Position numbers and translations under genes: made by a program. Below the pieces are notes generated by a model that did not search any database, had not been told where the DNA came from, and saw only the letters and a list, made by a program, of their open reading frames with translations. 64,000 nucleotides of DNA from Eledone cirrhosa (taxonomy: Eukaryota). Of this stretch, positions 24,931 through 39,865 are shown piece after piece; position 1 is the first letter of the stretch, and each line of letters starts with the position of its first letter. The stretch lies in assembly GCA_964016885.1 (NCBI GenBank), contig OZ024741.1, forward strand, positions 136,772,001-136,836,000. The letters run 5' to 3'.

Positions 24931-25263
24931 TGTATATATTTATATATATAAAGAGTAAGAGGAAGAAACTGAAAAATAATTTGGCCGAGAAAAATTTCCT
25001 GTGTTCACGCAGCCATTTTGGGTATGTGGCTGACTGAACACACACGTACTTTTTCTTGAAAAACTTGTTTCTGCTCTTCCTCTGCTTACTCTCTATCTAT
25101 TTTTTCTTTTACGTTTCATTCTGTGTTTTGATGAAAGACTAGTGTCCGAAACGTTAAGACTCTTTTCCAACTATATCAAGCATTAAACTAATATATATAT
25201 ATATATTCATTGTACACTATTGTTTGCTTTGTTGTTTCCGTTTGCTATTCGCATATATACATA

Positions 25264-26271
25264 GGCATATTAATCAGTGAGATTTTGGTTATCATGTTGA
25301 GCTCTGCTGAGGATCGAATTCCAACCGTGACCATCTCCACTGAAAGTTTTCGTGAAATAGTCTTTTCAAGACTATACAGACCATTTGTAGTTGTTCCAAA
25401 TTGAAGGATAAGTATTTTAAACTTTATTTTATCATGAGTTAAGGCTCTATTGATTTTTACCTGGATTTCACTAAATTCTGTTGGATAAATCTATATCCTG
25501 ATTCTTTTTGAATTGAGTTTGAATAATTTTTCCCACATCTTACGTTAACTATTTTCCCATTTTGACGCTATAGTCACTTATATATTATGGAATATTGTTG
25601 GATTCTTGCTACAATAATGTCTATACTTTTCATTTATATATTTATACTCGGATTTCTTTCCTAGAGTGCTTAAATTATTTGTGACTAATCCCGGTATTTA
25701 AAAAAAAACCGCGATAATATTGCTTTTTGCTGAACTCCTTATTGTATAGTTTTTTCGGAATGTTTTTGATCGTTGTTTCATGTAAACAAACATTCGTCTC
25801 ATTCTGACGTCACCAGCCCTGTTTTTCCACATGTGCGTTTTATTTTCATAATCACGCATGATGTTAAACTAGCCTGCTTTTAAATTCCCTTTTTGGCATA
25901 TTAATCAGTAAGATTTTGGTTATCATGTTGAGCTCTGCTGAAGATCGAATTCCAACCGTGACCATCCCCACTGAAAGTTTTCGTGAAATAGTCTTTTCAA
26001 GACTATACAGACCATTTGTAGTTGTTCCAAATTGAAGGATGAGTATTTTAAACTTTATTTTATCATGAGTTAAGGCTCTATTGATTTTTCCCTGGATTTC
26101 ACTAAATTTTGTTGGATAAATCTATATCCTGATTCTTTTTGAATTGAGTTTGAATTATTTTTCTCACATCTTACGTTAACTATTTTCCCATTTTGACGCT
26201 ATAGTCACTTATATATTATGGAATACTGTTGGCTTCTTGCTACAATAATTTCTATACTTTTCATTTATATA
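25264..26271 (+). repeat. ~378-bp direct duplication (25264-25641, 25895-26271)
   Basis: GGCATATTAATCAGT...TCTATACTTTTCATTTATATAT occurs twice with few substitutions. Confidence 0.9.
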
Positions 26272-26311
26272 TGCATGTATATATATATGCATATATACAT
26301 ACATATATGCA

Positions 26312-26835
26312 CGTTTGAAAGTATATACTTTCCTTATGCATATTTACGGCTGAGAAGCCTAATTTGCATATCGAGTGAGTTAGTCGGCCGGGCGTACCGA
26401 AAACGATAAATGGAAAAAATGAAATTTCATTTCTCACTCTTAGTACGGCTGATACTTAAATATAAGTATGTATACGTGCATACATATATGTATACAGACG
26501 CACAGTAGTATGTATATACATACATACATGCACACATATATATGTGTACGTATGGGTTTACCGAACATTTATTATAATGTTCGGTTTTTTTGACAGCTAA
26601 TAAGCTAGAAACTAGTTCATCGATCCTTTGTCAGTGTTGAACAAATAGGGCAGCGATGGTTGCCGAACACTGTACGGCTAATAATTCGGGCTGTTTGTTT
26701 ACAAACAAACCTAGCATTATAATAAATGTTCGGTAAACCCATACGTATATATATATATATATGTGCATGTATGTATATATATATATACATACTACTATGC
26801 GTCTGTATACATATGTATGTACGTATACATACTTA
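26312..26835. mobile_element. Second, permuted and folded-back copy of the 10272-11003 HHR repeat family
   Basis: 26312-26580 matches 10606-10800/10272-10460. 26590-26835 is inverted and starts inside HHR stem II (AGCTAATAAGCTAGAAACTAGT). Confidence 0.75.
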
Positions 26836-26836
26836 C

Positions 26837-26876
<40 letters not shown>

Positions 26877-27162
26877 AAATGATATAAAATTTACCTTCTT
26901 AAATCAAAAGTCCCGATCGTGGGTTCGCCTTATGAGATCAATTTAGGAGATAATCTAATAAGTTAGGATATCAAAAGCTGAGAAAATATCTGCTCATCAG
27001 AGGCTCTTCTCAGAACAACAGATATATTCAAGTGACCGCTACGCACCAAACATTATACACACACGCAAACGCATGCGCAGAGACGGAGACAAAAATAAAT
27101 AAATAAATAAATAAAATAAAAATGGCTAAACATTACAATACAGTAGAAGGGAACATGATAAT

Positions 27163-27211
27163 AGTACCACTGATGATGTTGCAGATGTGCAACGAAAGAA
27201 CTTGTTAGACT
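27163..27211 (+). ncRNA. Hammerhead motif related to 9529-9573
   Basis: CTGATGA-T-GTTGCA(gatg)TGCAAC-GAAA-GAAC-TT, then (TA)n. Downstream 27370-27445 is homologous to 9706-9732 / 4248-4320. Stem I is decayed. Confidence 0.6.
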
Positions 27212-27501
27212 ATATATATATATTTATATCTGTATTTTTAACCGTTGGTCAGTCAATGATAAACATTGATTGCCAAATAAATTAACTATAGAGATATAAA
27301 AGATACAGAAGCGAAAACCAACCAAACAGTGAGTGTGTTCTGTTAATATTTCTGGGAATATTATGACAACAATATGACCCTCCCCAAGTATAACAATATT
27401 TGTTTCGACGCACGATTTCATATCAAAAACCTTGCAAAACAAATATATATATATATTCATTTTTATTAAAACAACAGATTAAAGTTTAAGCTGACTTTGT
27501 T

Positions 27502-27552
27502 AGTTTCAGAAGATCCCGTTAAGGGTGAAAGCAGCGATTCTTTGCTTAAACT
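27502..27552 (+). ncRNA. Hammerhead-like motif, core CAGAAGA (same family as 1271-1321), preceded by an inverted copy of its own 3' part (27462-27491)
   Basis: AGTTT-CAGAAGA-TCCCGTTAAGGGT-GAAA-GCA..TGC-TT-AAACT. 27497-27660 matches the reverse complement of 1160-1325. Confidence 0.6.
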
Positions 27553-27698
27553 TTAATCTTTTATTTTAATAAATATTTGCTCTACGGTTCTTATGTATTT
27601 GATATATATTTATCCTTATCGAGCCCTCTTTGGATTTTAGTCTTGAAATTTATTATTATTAATATATTCATTTATATATATATATATAGAGAGAGAGA

Positions 27699-27783
<85 letters not shown>

Positions 27784-28596
27784 GAGAGAGAGAGAGAACG
27801 AAAAATCAGTGATGCATCTGAATTCAATTTATTGTGTGTTACAATTGTTTCCCCGGCGGATAGCTCGAGACGCGATCATTGTGTGGATCTGTCTGATTCT
27901 GGACCCGCAGGTTCGGCGGACACGTCTAATGATTTCGGACCATATTCTCTCACTGGGGTATCTGACTCTCTGGGCCAGTACCGTCAAAAACTTCATCCTC
28001 TTCGCGCGTCCTGTGATTGGCCGCTGGTTGTCGACGTCATCATAATTCTGACCACAGGTACCAGTCCGCTGACCATCAGGGCGTTAGCTGTCCCATGTCT
28101 GCTACACTTCAATAAATTACTGCTGTGTTTGGTTGTTAACACATCCACCCGCGCACACACACACACACCAGCACAGAGATAATGACAGTCGTACGCATAG
28201 TCGCCCGCTATACATACACATTTAAGGAGAACATATAAATATACGTATACATGCAACCAGAGGCACGTACACACACAGACACATACCCACATGCCTATAT
28301 ACATCAACATACACACACACATACATGTGCATACACATGCACACGCGTATATATATACCCGTACACACAAACACGTACAGACATATACATAGACCCCACC
28401 TCCACCCACGCACACACATATACACGTACCCATATACATATATACACACACAGATACACACTCGCTCGCAAACACACATATATACACACAAACAAGCCCT
28501 TTCCCTACACCGGTGCTTGTAATCACACACACACACACTGGCTCATATACACCCTTACAAATATGCGCATACTCATATACACACCCACGCACGCAT

Positions 28597-28634
<38 letters not shown>

Positions 28635-28754
28635 AAAAGAATATACAGACAAAGTCATATAAAGATACACAATGGGTCATACATGAAAGGATGCATCTTG
28701 CTATAAATATATACATATATAAAAAAAATACACATATATATATATATATACATA

Positions 28755-28938
28755 TAACTGTTTCTACTTTCGGCACAAGGCCAGCAATTATACCAGTGTA
28801 TTACTGGTACGTTATTTTATCGACCCCGTAAGGATGAAAGGCAAAGTTAACCTCGACGGGATTTGAACTCAGAATGGCAAGGGATGTAACGTCAAAGCTT
28901 GGCGTCCGACCCTCTACCGATACTGCCAATCCACCGCC
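28755..28938 (-). mobile_element. tRNA-derived SINE
   Basis: Reverse complement of the 17278-17463 family. Confidence 0.88.
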
Positions 28939-29439
28939 TTATATATATATATACATATAACGGCACATAAAGATACACAGTATAAAAAGATTATATAAAA
29001 TTAAATTAAATTAAATAAAAAAAACAATAGTCTATGTCAAAATTAAAAATTTCTATTAAAAATCAATATATGTGGGGGTATACTATTTAATTATTATTTA
29101 ATATCAACAAGTAAATAAAGGAAATTGCTAGAAAGGTTTATAAACGTAGAAAAACATATGACGTCATGATTTGTTTAATTAATCTACGAAGGTTTGAGCG
29201 AAAATTTAAGGCTATCGAAAAAAAGTTAAATCCTTAATATATGCTGAGAAAACTAAATTAATACATTGTAGAATATAATGAAATATGTGTAAAAAAAATA
29301 TATAAAAAATATATATATATGTAAAAGGAATATATATGTAAAAAAATATATGTATAAAAAATTAACCATTATTCGTGGAAAAAGTTATAGGACATTAGCT
29401 ATATACTTTGTGAAAGGTCGTGAAGGATTTATGATTGCA

Positions 29440-30180
29440 AAAACCAAATAAATCTGTTCTTCTATTTATTATAGAGTTGAGATTCGAGATAATGGTAAAT
29501 TTTTCAACTAGACATAAATTACAAACACTAGATATGGAAGCATTGGAATATGGAGATGCGTTGTAGATTTTACGCCAATAAATTTGTAATTAATGTTTTT
29601 GTTTTTTAAGGACCAAATAAGTTCTGAGACTGCGGTGCTGGTCCTTTTAAGTGGATATTTAAATGAAGAAGAATGATTATAGAATCTTGGTTTAAAAGAG
29701 GTAGAACTAGAGCCAATGTAGGTCTAGGTATGGTACTAGTTACCACTTTACATTCATATACTAGGTTTTTGTCGAGACAGAAATTACTAAGAGGACAATT
29801 AGTTCTAATAGGGCAGTTGCATTTACGATTAAGATTATTTACAGAGTTATTTGCAAGTGGCCCAGGATTAATTATATTAGGAACTGGAGTGGTGGAATTA
29901 ACTAAAGGAAGTGCTAAAGTTTCTAGATTTACATTACTATTTGATGTATTGCTCGAAGTTACGTTTGACGTCGTATTTATATTTGTGTTATTTTGCCTAG
30001 AGTTTACATTGACGTCGGGCCTTATAGAGTTATTATTATGACTCTCATGGTTGGATGCATATGAGTTATTCTTTAATATTTTAGAATTATGTCTTGAGAT
30101 AATTTTAGAAATGTTTGAGGTAGTGGAGTATGAAAATTTAATAGTATGCTTATTGAATATCTTGCTATATATATGTGAAA
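29440..30180 (-). pseudogene. Decayed PLE GIY-YIG C-terminal region (YRDDG-type family)
   Basis: Minus strand reads RIFNKHTIKISYSTT, CNCPIRTNCPLSNFCL, YIG, TAVSELIWSLK. Confidence 0.75.
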
Positions 30181-30432
30181 ATATTTTATTTTATTTTATA
30201 TAAAAATCTTTTTTTATACTTATTTTAATCTAATTTTATTTTATTAATACATTTTTACACTTCTTAATCCAAGTTTTAGTATTTAAACCCAGTATAAAAT
30301 AATATACCCAGTTTCTATATTTTAGACTTCTAATATTTGAATACCATCTATAATATTCGCACATACACCTCATCAATTTACTTTTTAGCCGTTATTTACA
30401 GCTGTTTTCATTTTGACAGCGTTCCTGATCAA

Positions 30433-30598
<166 letters not shown>

Positions 30599-30765
30599 CT
30601 CTCTCTTCCTTCTTTCTTTTTCCTTTTTTCCTCTCCTCACTTTCTTTTTCTTCCCTTTTTTTCTATTTTCCTTTTTTTTTTCCTTACTCTTATATTTTCT
30701 GCCATATGTAGGCTTTGCCCTTTCCTGTTGACAGCTGTTTTTAGGCCTCATATCATGTTACCTTA

Positions 30766-30831
30766 TTTTATCTTATGAGAACACAATTTTTGTCCCAGGA
30801 TGATGTTGTTTTCGAAATGCGCATAATAAAA
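30766..30831 (+). ncRNA. Degenerate hammerhead motif (core CTTATGA, probably inactive)
   Basis: TTTTAT-CTTATGA-GAAC..TTC-GAAA-TGCGCA-TA-ATAAAA. Confidence 0.45.
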
Positions 30832-30956
30832 TATATGGAACTTCTTTAACCATCTTTTAATTTCTTCTTTAATATATACTCCAGTTCTACTAAGTGTTGA
30901 GTGCTACTTATCTGATATATGCATAGTTTTATTGTTCTACAATATTACTCACCTTC

Positions 30957-31031
<75 letters not shown>

Positions 31032-31327
31032 CATCCATCAGTTACAATTTTAGCATAATGAATTAAATCAATGAATAAATTCATTGATATATTCATTATG
31101 CTAAAGTCACTGCCCGACTTCTAAGCTCTTACTGTTTCCAAGGTAAGTGAATGCCTGAATTATTTTTTCAACTTTTTCCAAACAGTAAAAAACTAAACAG
31201 TAGGGCATAAGACCCTTATAATATATATCTCCAAATGGAATAAACACGTGTTTTTTCTAAAAAAAAAATTTCCGTGCCTTCTTTTTTTCACTCTCTATCT
31301 TTCTATTTCATCTTTTATTTCTCATTC

Positions 31328-31367
31328 TATCTTCTGATGAAGGACTAGTATCCGAAACGTTAAGATA
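31328..31367 (+). ncRNA. Minimal type I hammerhead ribozyme (decayed relative at 25125-25160)
   Basis: TATCTT-CTGATGA-AGGA(ctagta)TCC-GAAA-CG-TT-AAGATA. Confidence 0.8.
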
Positions 31368-31449
31368 CTCTTTCTACTATATGAAGCGTTCAACTAATAT
31401 ATTTCTAAATTGTACTGTGTTGTTTGCTTTGTTATTTCTGTTTACTTTT

Positions 31450-31501
<52 letters not shown>

Positions 31502-31573
31502 AAAAGTAAACAGAAATAATAAAGCAAACGACACAGTACAATATAGAAATGTATATAATATATATATATATAT

Positions 31574-31614
<41 letters not shown>

Positions 31615-32161
31615 AAAGTATGTGTCCCTACATGTAAATAATACACATAGGGATACAAGTATAGTCCGACCGTATGCAAGTGTGGTTCAATGGCAAGTTA
31701 ATAAATTAACAAGCCAGAACATATAAAATCAAGGGAAAGCAATGTTTTCCCTTGATTTTATATATATATATATATATATTATTCAATTACTGAAAGTTGG
31801 TTGATCATATAATACAGAATTATGTAATAAAAAGATGTACAAATAAAACCGTCTCTCTACATAATATATGTATATATATATGTGTGTGTGTTGAGGGGGG
31901 AAATGTTTGTGTGTATGTGTACACACAACACAAACAACACATTTACACGCACATATCACATATTTAAAAATATACATACAGGCAACTTAATTATAACACA
32001 ACCCTCCCTGTTTTGTTCTAAGCCCACGTTACTGCTCCAGTCTGGCCCCAACACCGAGATGCCGAATTACATAGCCAACGATGATTTACAACCAGTTTAT
32101 CCAACATCAACACTCTCAATGCATACACCACACAGAGACACGCATGCATCCACACGCACGC

Positions 32162-32219
<58 letters not shown>

Positions 32220-32842
32220 CGTACACACAGAGAACACCTCTACAACACATATATACATCTACCCACTCTCAAAACCCACGTTACATCTTCCACTTAGTCA
32301 CCACACAGAGAAGCTAAATCCCGACATCATCCAAAGATTTACATCCATCTTATCCAGTTGTATACCCTCCCCCCCCCCCCTCCCGCATCCACCCCCGCTA
32401 TTCGACAGTCACGTAACACACACACACACACACAGCATAGACATACGTACACGCAAGCACTTACACACACAGCACAACCATACAACACACATATACAACA
32501 TACAAACACAACTAAATCGAGAACGCAAACACAACTACTCCACTCATCAAGACAAACAAGACACACGCACGCACACGCACACGCACGCACGCACAAACAA
32601 ACAAACAAACACACATACACACACGGCACACACACACTTTCTCACCCTCTCTCTGACGCACACACACACACACACACACACGTGCACACACACGTACATA
32701 AACAGACAAACACACACACACATACACACACAAACACAAACAGATACACACACACATACACCCACACACACATACACACATACAAGCCTCACACACACAC
32801 ACACACACACGGCACACACGCACACAGAGTCACTTTCTCACC

Positions 32843-32877
<35 letters not shown>

Positions 32878-33733
32878 ACATCGCACTCACCAAGCACTCA
32901 CGACATAAGCACACACATACAACTAGACCACAGCAGCCCAGCAACACACTCTCACACATTAAAACAAGAAATACAAAACACCTCTAGGACTATAAATATT
33001 TACACACAAGCATAAACATTAAAACATTGATCCCGTCCCCACATCAAGAACCTGAATTTCTTTATTTCCCCACCGTCGCCATCGTAGTCGTTATAGTTGC
33101 CGTCTTCCTCGCCACCATCGTTGACTTAGTTTCGTCAACATTATCCTATATACACCCCACTTACCGACCACCACACCCTACATACACACCAAACATCTAA
33201 AAGGGCACACATGCACAGCAATATCACAACACATAAACAGTACTTAGTCTTTGCAGACACACAAACACCTGCTTACAGGCAGATTCTTTGAGTCTTCAAG
33301 CCGCTTGAGTTGAGATAAAAGCCAAGCTAGAAACTATAAAAGTCACTACCACCCCCACCCACCCCCTCATTCTCACCACTAGTTCACTCAATTCTTCACT
33401 TGGCCACACTTCCCTTAAACATCAATCAATTCAATACCTCGCCCTGAAGAGACACCGCTTGGAAAAAGTTGAAAAAAATAATTCAGTCATTCATTTGCTG
33501 TGGAAACGGTAAGAGCTTAGCCGTCGGGCAGTAACTCATTACAATATATATGTGTATACAGTGTATTCCTGGCATTGGCGACCCCAGTTATTCGTGGAAT
33601 TTTCCTTAGAACCTAACTAATAATTACTCATGGAAACCACCGCATCTTCGCGGAGTCGTAAATATCTTCCACGATTGTTTTATGGCTTTTTTCGTATATA
33701 TTTTTCTAATGCTAAATTATTAATGACAATACA

Positions 33734-36170
33734 CCGTATTTGCCGGCCTATTGGACGCCCCTTTTTTAAAATTATATTTTACGTCACATTTTGACGTTTA
33801 TAGGCATTTTTATGGACCACGTCCAATATTCAGGATTTTTCATTCTTCGCGTGTGCTCTAGGAAAGTAACCCCAACGAATACTGGGGGACAACTGTATAT
33901 ATAGTCCAGAGCGTTATGAATTCTATTTGGGAAAAGCAAGCGAAATAAAATTAACCTTCTTACTTCAAATATCCTGACCACTTAGTATAATAATGGTATA
34001 ATGATATAATGGTGTAATGGTATAATGATATAATGGTATAATGGTATAATGATATAATGGTATAATGGTATAATGGTATAATGGTGTACTGTTATAATGG
34101 TATAATGGTATAATGGTGTAATGGTATAATAGTATAATGGTATAATGGTGTAATGGTATAATGGTATAATGATATAATGGTGTAATGATATAATGATATA
34201 ATGGTATAATGGTATAATGATATAATGGTGTACTGTTATAATGGTATAATGGTATAATGGTGTAATGGTATAATAGTATAATGGTATAATGGTGTAATGG
34301 TATAATAGTATAATGGTATAATGGTATAATGGTATAATGGTGTAATGGTATAATGGTGTAATGTTATAATGGTATAATGGTGTACTGTTATAATGGTATA
34401 ATGGTATAATGGTGTAATGGTATAATGGTATAATGGTGTAATGGTATAATGGTGTAATGTTATAATGGGTATAATGGTGTAATGGTATAATGTTATAATG
34501 GTATAATGGTGTACTGTTATAATGGTATAATGGTATAATGGTGTAATGGTATAATGGTATAATGGTGTAATGTTATAATGGTATATTGGTATAATTGTGT
34601 AATGGTATATTGGTATAATGGTGTAATGGTATAATGGTATAATGGTTAAATGGTATAATGGTATAATGGTATAATGGTGTAATGTTATAATGGTATAATG
34701 GTGTAATGGTATAATGGTATAATGGTGTAATGGTATAATGGTATAATGTTATAATGGTATAATAGTATAATGGTATAATGTTATAATGGAATAATGGTAT
34801 AATAGTATAATGGTGTAATGGTATAAATGATATAATGGTATAATGGTATAATGGTGTAATGGTATAATGGTATAATGTTATAATGGTATAATAGTATAAT
34901 GGTATAATGTTATAATGGAATAATGGTATAATAGTATAATGGTGTAATGGTATAATGATATAATGGTATAATGGTATAATGGTATAATAATATAATGGTA
35001 TAATGGTATAATGGTGTAATGGTATAATGGTATAATGGTATAATGATATTATGGTATAATGGTATAATGATATAATGGTGTAATGGTATAAAGATATAAT
35101 GGTATAATGGTATAAAGATATAATGGTATAATGGTATAATGTTATAATGGTATAATTGTATAATGATATAATGGTTGGTATAATGGTATAATGATATAAT
35201 GGTATAATGGTATAATGGTATAATGGTGTAATGTTATAATGGTGTAATGGTATAATGGTGTAATGGTATAATAGTATAATGGTATAATGGTGTAATGGTA
35301 TAATGGTATTATGATATAATGGTATAATGGTATAATGGTATAATGATGTAATGGTATAATGATATAATGGTGTAATGGTATAATGATATAATGGTATAAT
35401 GGTACAATGTTATAATGGTATAATTGTATAATGATATAATGGTATAATGGTATAATGGTATAATGGTGTAATGGTATAATGATATAATGGTATAATGATA
35501 TAATGATATAATGGTATAATGGGATAATGGTATAATGGTATAATAATATAATGGTATAATGTTATAATGGTATAATGGTATAATGGTGTAATGGTATAAT
35601 GATATAATGGTATAATGATATAATGGTATAATGGTATAATGGTATAATGATATAATGGTATAATGGTATAAATGTATAATGATATAATGGTATAATGATA
35701 TAATGGTATAATGATATAATAGTATAATAGTATAATGATATAATAGTATAATAGTATAATGGTATAATGGTATAATGGTATAAATGTATAATGATATAAT
35801 GGTATAATAGTGTAATCATCTTGTGAGGAAGTCAGATGAGCTGTGACTCGGTAGCCAGCTTCCGAATAATGGTGAGATGAGGATTTGGGACCCTCCAAAG
35901 CGATAAGAATTATGGACATACAGTATCAACGAGATAAGCATTGGTGTAATTGTCCATGGTCTCTGTCCCTTAGCAATATGTAATGGAAGAGATCAGACCA
36001 TACATAGTACATGCTATAATGGTATAAACGGTATAACGGTGTAATGGTATAGCAGTACACTGTTTGTCCGCCGGTACTCGAATATTGAAAACCCGCGAAT
36101 ATTGGACGTGTTCCATAAAAATGCCTCTAACGTCAAAACCATAACGTAAAATATAGGCCGACAAATACGG
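33734..36170. mobile_element. Nested pogo/mariner-type MITE carrying the 8-bp satellite
   Basis: TIRs CCGTATTTGCCGGCCTAT / ATAGGCCGACAAATACGG|TA. Confidence 0.65.
33985..35817. repeat. (GGTATAAT)n octamer satellite, ~1.8 kb, with GGTGTAAT, GATATAAT, GTTATAAT and AGTATAAT variants
   Basis: Directly visible. Confidence 0.97.
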
Positions 36171-36282
36171 TATATTGCTATTAATAACTAATGTCCCGTA
36201 CGGCTGGCGCCCGGCTAGGCATACCTTCCCCCACCACTCCACTGCAAAGATACCACACACCCTCCCGTGTCACATTGTCCTT

Positions 36283-36323
<41 letters not shown>

Positions 36324-36429
36324 AACTAACACTTTAATTGTATCTCTCATTTAACGGCCTATCTCTCTCTTTTTCCCCTCCCTCTGTTTTTTCTGTCTCT
36401 CTCTGTAGATGTGTGTGTGTAGTTTTCCT

Positions 36430-36522
<93 letters not shown>

Positions 36523-36639
36523 GTGTATATATTGAAGGGAGATACGGAAACTAAAACAGTGTTGTCATATAGCGAGTGAAGAGCGACACAGAGAGTAAGG
36601 CAGTTAAATTATAGAGAAGGGGAATGATCTTACATACAT

Positions 36640-37250
36640 ACATGGTGGCTGCCAACCTCGTTTTCGAGTACGGCCACTACTTTATATCCATGTAGGAGAA
36701 CCCCTACCGATGCGTTGAACGAGTGTGACTTTTTAGTCCAGCCAGCGACTTGAAAACTCTGGTACAAACACTACACTTGTGACAATTATTGACACATAGT
36801 GTACATGGTACCATGGTGACGACAAGTGCAGAGAGATCTCCAGATATAAAGCAATGCCTGTGCCGTGAAGCTTTATAGTGAGCAAAGGTACTGCACAAAG
36901 CCAGTCCCACTCTCTTAACCAAGATGACATTTACCAAAAAGAAGAACAAGTAAACATCATTGGATACCATCAGGGTTGCAGGTGTTATATCAGAGTTTTC
37001 CTTCTCCTAGATTTCTGCCTTGACAAAGGCTAAGGGGTCATCTCTCCCGGTGATTTTAGATGGCCATTGACTCTTAAGAGCTCTTTTGACCTTTGACAGG
37101 TTTTGTTTTTAGTCCTGCAGGATGTCCAAAGTCACCCTCCTCACCAAGAAACCTTGGTGGGGGTTGCCAGTTTAGTCGCCAACGACTATGGGACAGGTTG
37201 TACTGGGATACATGTTACCAGTAGCACCAACTGGTGACCTGACACATGTA
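36640..37250 (-). mobile_element. Internally deleted RTE-type LINE remnant
   Basis: Terminal CSVCTRVFKSLAGLKSH zinc-finger-like peptide, as at 50400-50500. Confidence 0.5.
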
Positions 37251-37717
37251 GGATACATACATACATACATACATGCATACATACATACATACATACATAC
37301 ATACATACATACATACATACATACATACATACATACATACATACATACATACAACACTCAGCTTTATAATATTATAGATTTAGCGTGTAAAAGCCACGAA
37401 AAAAAGCCATTAAAAAATCGCGGAAGATATTTACGATTTCGCGAATTTGTGGTGGCTTCTACGAACAATTATTAGTTAGGTTCTAAGGAAAATTCTGCGA
37501 ATGCCGGTGTACACTGTATGAGTGTAATGGTATAATGGTATCTAAAATAGAATCATGAGTTATGTCCTTTTTTCTTCTTATGGATGCTGACTAATATTAG
37601 AGCGTTCCTTTTCTTTATTTCTGACATCACTGGACATGGAATTATGCTTGAAACACATGGCTTTAGAAAGCCTTATTTACTTTGCAAATATAAAGATATA
37701 AATATAGAGGTTTATTC

Positions 37718-37754
<37 letters not shown>

Positions 37755-37783
37755 GTTATGTAATAAACAACATAAGATAATTA

Positions 37784-37843
37784 TTTCATTTACCAGTGGT
37801 TTCTTGAAAGCAACCAAAATTGCTTTCATTCATCAGAATGAAA
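37784..37843 (-). ncRNA. Type I hammerhead ribozyme
   Basis: TTTCATT-CTGATGA-ATGAAAGCAA(ttttgg)TTGCTTTCAA-GAAA-CCACTGG-TA-AATGAAA. Canonical core, 7-bp stem I. Confidence 0.82.
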
Positions 37844-38102
37844 AAATCCTGGTGTCTTTATTGACAGTGGAATTGAAAAACAAAAATCTAACATATGAAA
37901 GTGAGGCTGGAGGGAAAAAAAAGGGGGGGAGAGGAATAATAAATAAGAATATATAACAACACACACGTATACACACACACTCACATATACACACATATAT
38001 ACATATATATATATACACATATACACGCACATATACACATATATATACACAGAGACACATATACACACACATGTATATATATATATCCATACATAAAAAC
38101 AC

Positions 38103-38174
<72 letters not shown>

Positions 38175-38190
38175 ACATGCACACACAAAC

Positions 38191-38223
<33 letters not shown>

Positions 38224-38925
38224 CATATATACATATATATACATACACATACATACATACACACACACATACATACATACACACATATATACATACATGC
38301 ATACGTACTCACATATAAAAGGATACATATGCACACACACAAATAAGAATAAATAATCATAATAGGCCATCACATACAAATAAGCAAATAAAAAATAAGG
38401 ATTAAGAAAATAAAAAGTAAAAAATATTATTAAGTTGACAGCGATACAAGACGGCGAAATTTAAAATTAAAATAAAAATAACTAGAATAATAATAATAAT
38501 AATAATAAATGACTAAACGCACGTGGTAAGCAAATGCACAAAAAAAACTAAATATATATATATATATAAAAATATATAAAAATATATATATATATATACA
38601 CACCCATACACATATATATATGTGTACATACACACACACATATATATGTACATATACACACACACATACGCATACATATAAATATACAAGCACACCCCAT
38701 ACATATAAACACAGCACAGACACAAAAGAGTATATACATACAAATACATATACACGCACACATAAATGCATACAACCACATACACACATATAGTATAAAC
38801 ATTTCTTAAAGATAAAAACATAAATATAAAAACTATAAAGTTACATACACACATACGCATAAGTACGTATACACGCACGCACATACACACATATATATAT
38901 ATATGTAAATACACACATACACACC

Positions 38926-38998
<73 letters not shown>

Positions 38999-39147
38999 GC
39001 ACACATATACATATATATATATATACATACATACAAACATATACATATATATATATATATATATACATAAAAGAAATACATAAAAATTTATTTTCAATTT
39101 TATGCATACATACATATATATACACACATATATACACACACATATAT

Positions 39148-39213
<66 letters not shown>

Positions 39214-39321
39214 CGATGGAAATGTGGTAAGGAACCAGATGGACCATAACGCACCAAAGTACACAATACTTAGGGTAGTAGAGTGGGTAATAGGAACAAG
39301 TAAGACCCCGACGGCTGAGCA

Positions 39322-39865
39322 ACCCAGTGCAAAAAAAAAATAAACTAATACGAAATAATAATTCAGAATCCCGAAAAAGAATACTAATACTATCTCTAAG
39401 GGTGCCGCCATGATACAAAAAATCTAGTGCAAACTACATAAATGCCCGTACGAAGTATATGAAAAATTTGATACGGAAAATTAAATCAGAATCCCCCCCC
39501 CCTCCCCCAAAATAAATACTGATATACGAGAAATTAAAGCGAAGATACCACTAAGAAATATAGAAAGCACGGAAAGGGGGCAGCCATCGGATAAGAAAGC
39601 AAGTATCCGGGGTCTAACACATTTGCTATAAAAAGCGGAGTCGGCCAATTCTATCATAGAATACTGGAAGGTGGTGGGGGTACTGAGGGGGAGGATTCTG
39701 ATTTAATTTTCCGTATCAAATTTTTTCATATACTTCGTACGGGCATTTATGTAGTTTGCACTAGATTTTTTGTATCGTGGCGGCACCTTTAGAGATAGTA
39801 TTAGTATTCTTTTTCGGGATTCTGAATTATTATTTCGTATTAGTTTATTTTTTTTTGCACTGGGT
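39322..39865. repeat. Inverted repeat with ~180-bp arms (39322-39503 / 39686-39865)
   Basis: ACCCAGTGCAAAA..CAGAATCC versus GGATTCTG..TTTTGCACTGGGT. Confidence 0.88.

Larger units (their letters stand above)
33559..37516. mobile_element. Tigger/pogo-type non-autonomous DNA transposon split by nested insertions
   Basis: TA|CAGTGTA...TACACTG|TA. ~130-bp imperfect TIRs at 33559-33695 and 37395-37516. Confidence 0.7.

Noticed and set aside
25264-26271. Transposase coding within the 378-bp duplication
   Set aside because: No convincing motif found in the frames I read; kept only as a direct repeat.
31882-33015. 377-aa His/Thr-rich ORF
   Set aside because: Product of (CA)n-rich low-complexity sequence; no domain motifs. 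The same applies to the many IYIY, CVCV and RERE ORFs in the track.
33985-35817. Telomere-like or CRISPR-like array; many TATAAT boxes
   Set aside because: Simple 8-bp satellite without spacers, not a TTAGGG-type repeat. Bacterial -10 boxes have no meaning in this eukaryotic repeat context.
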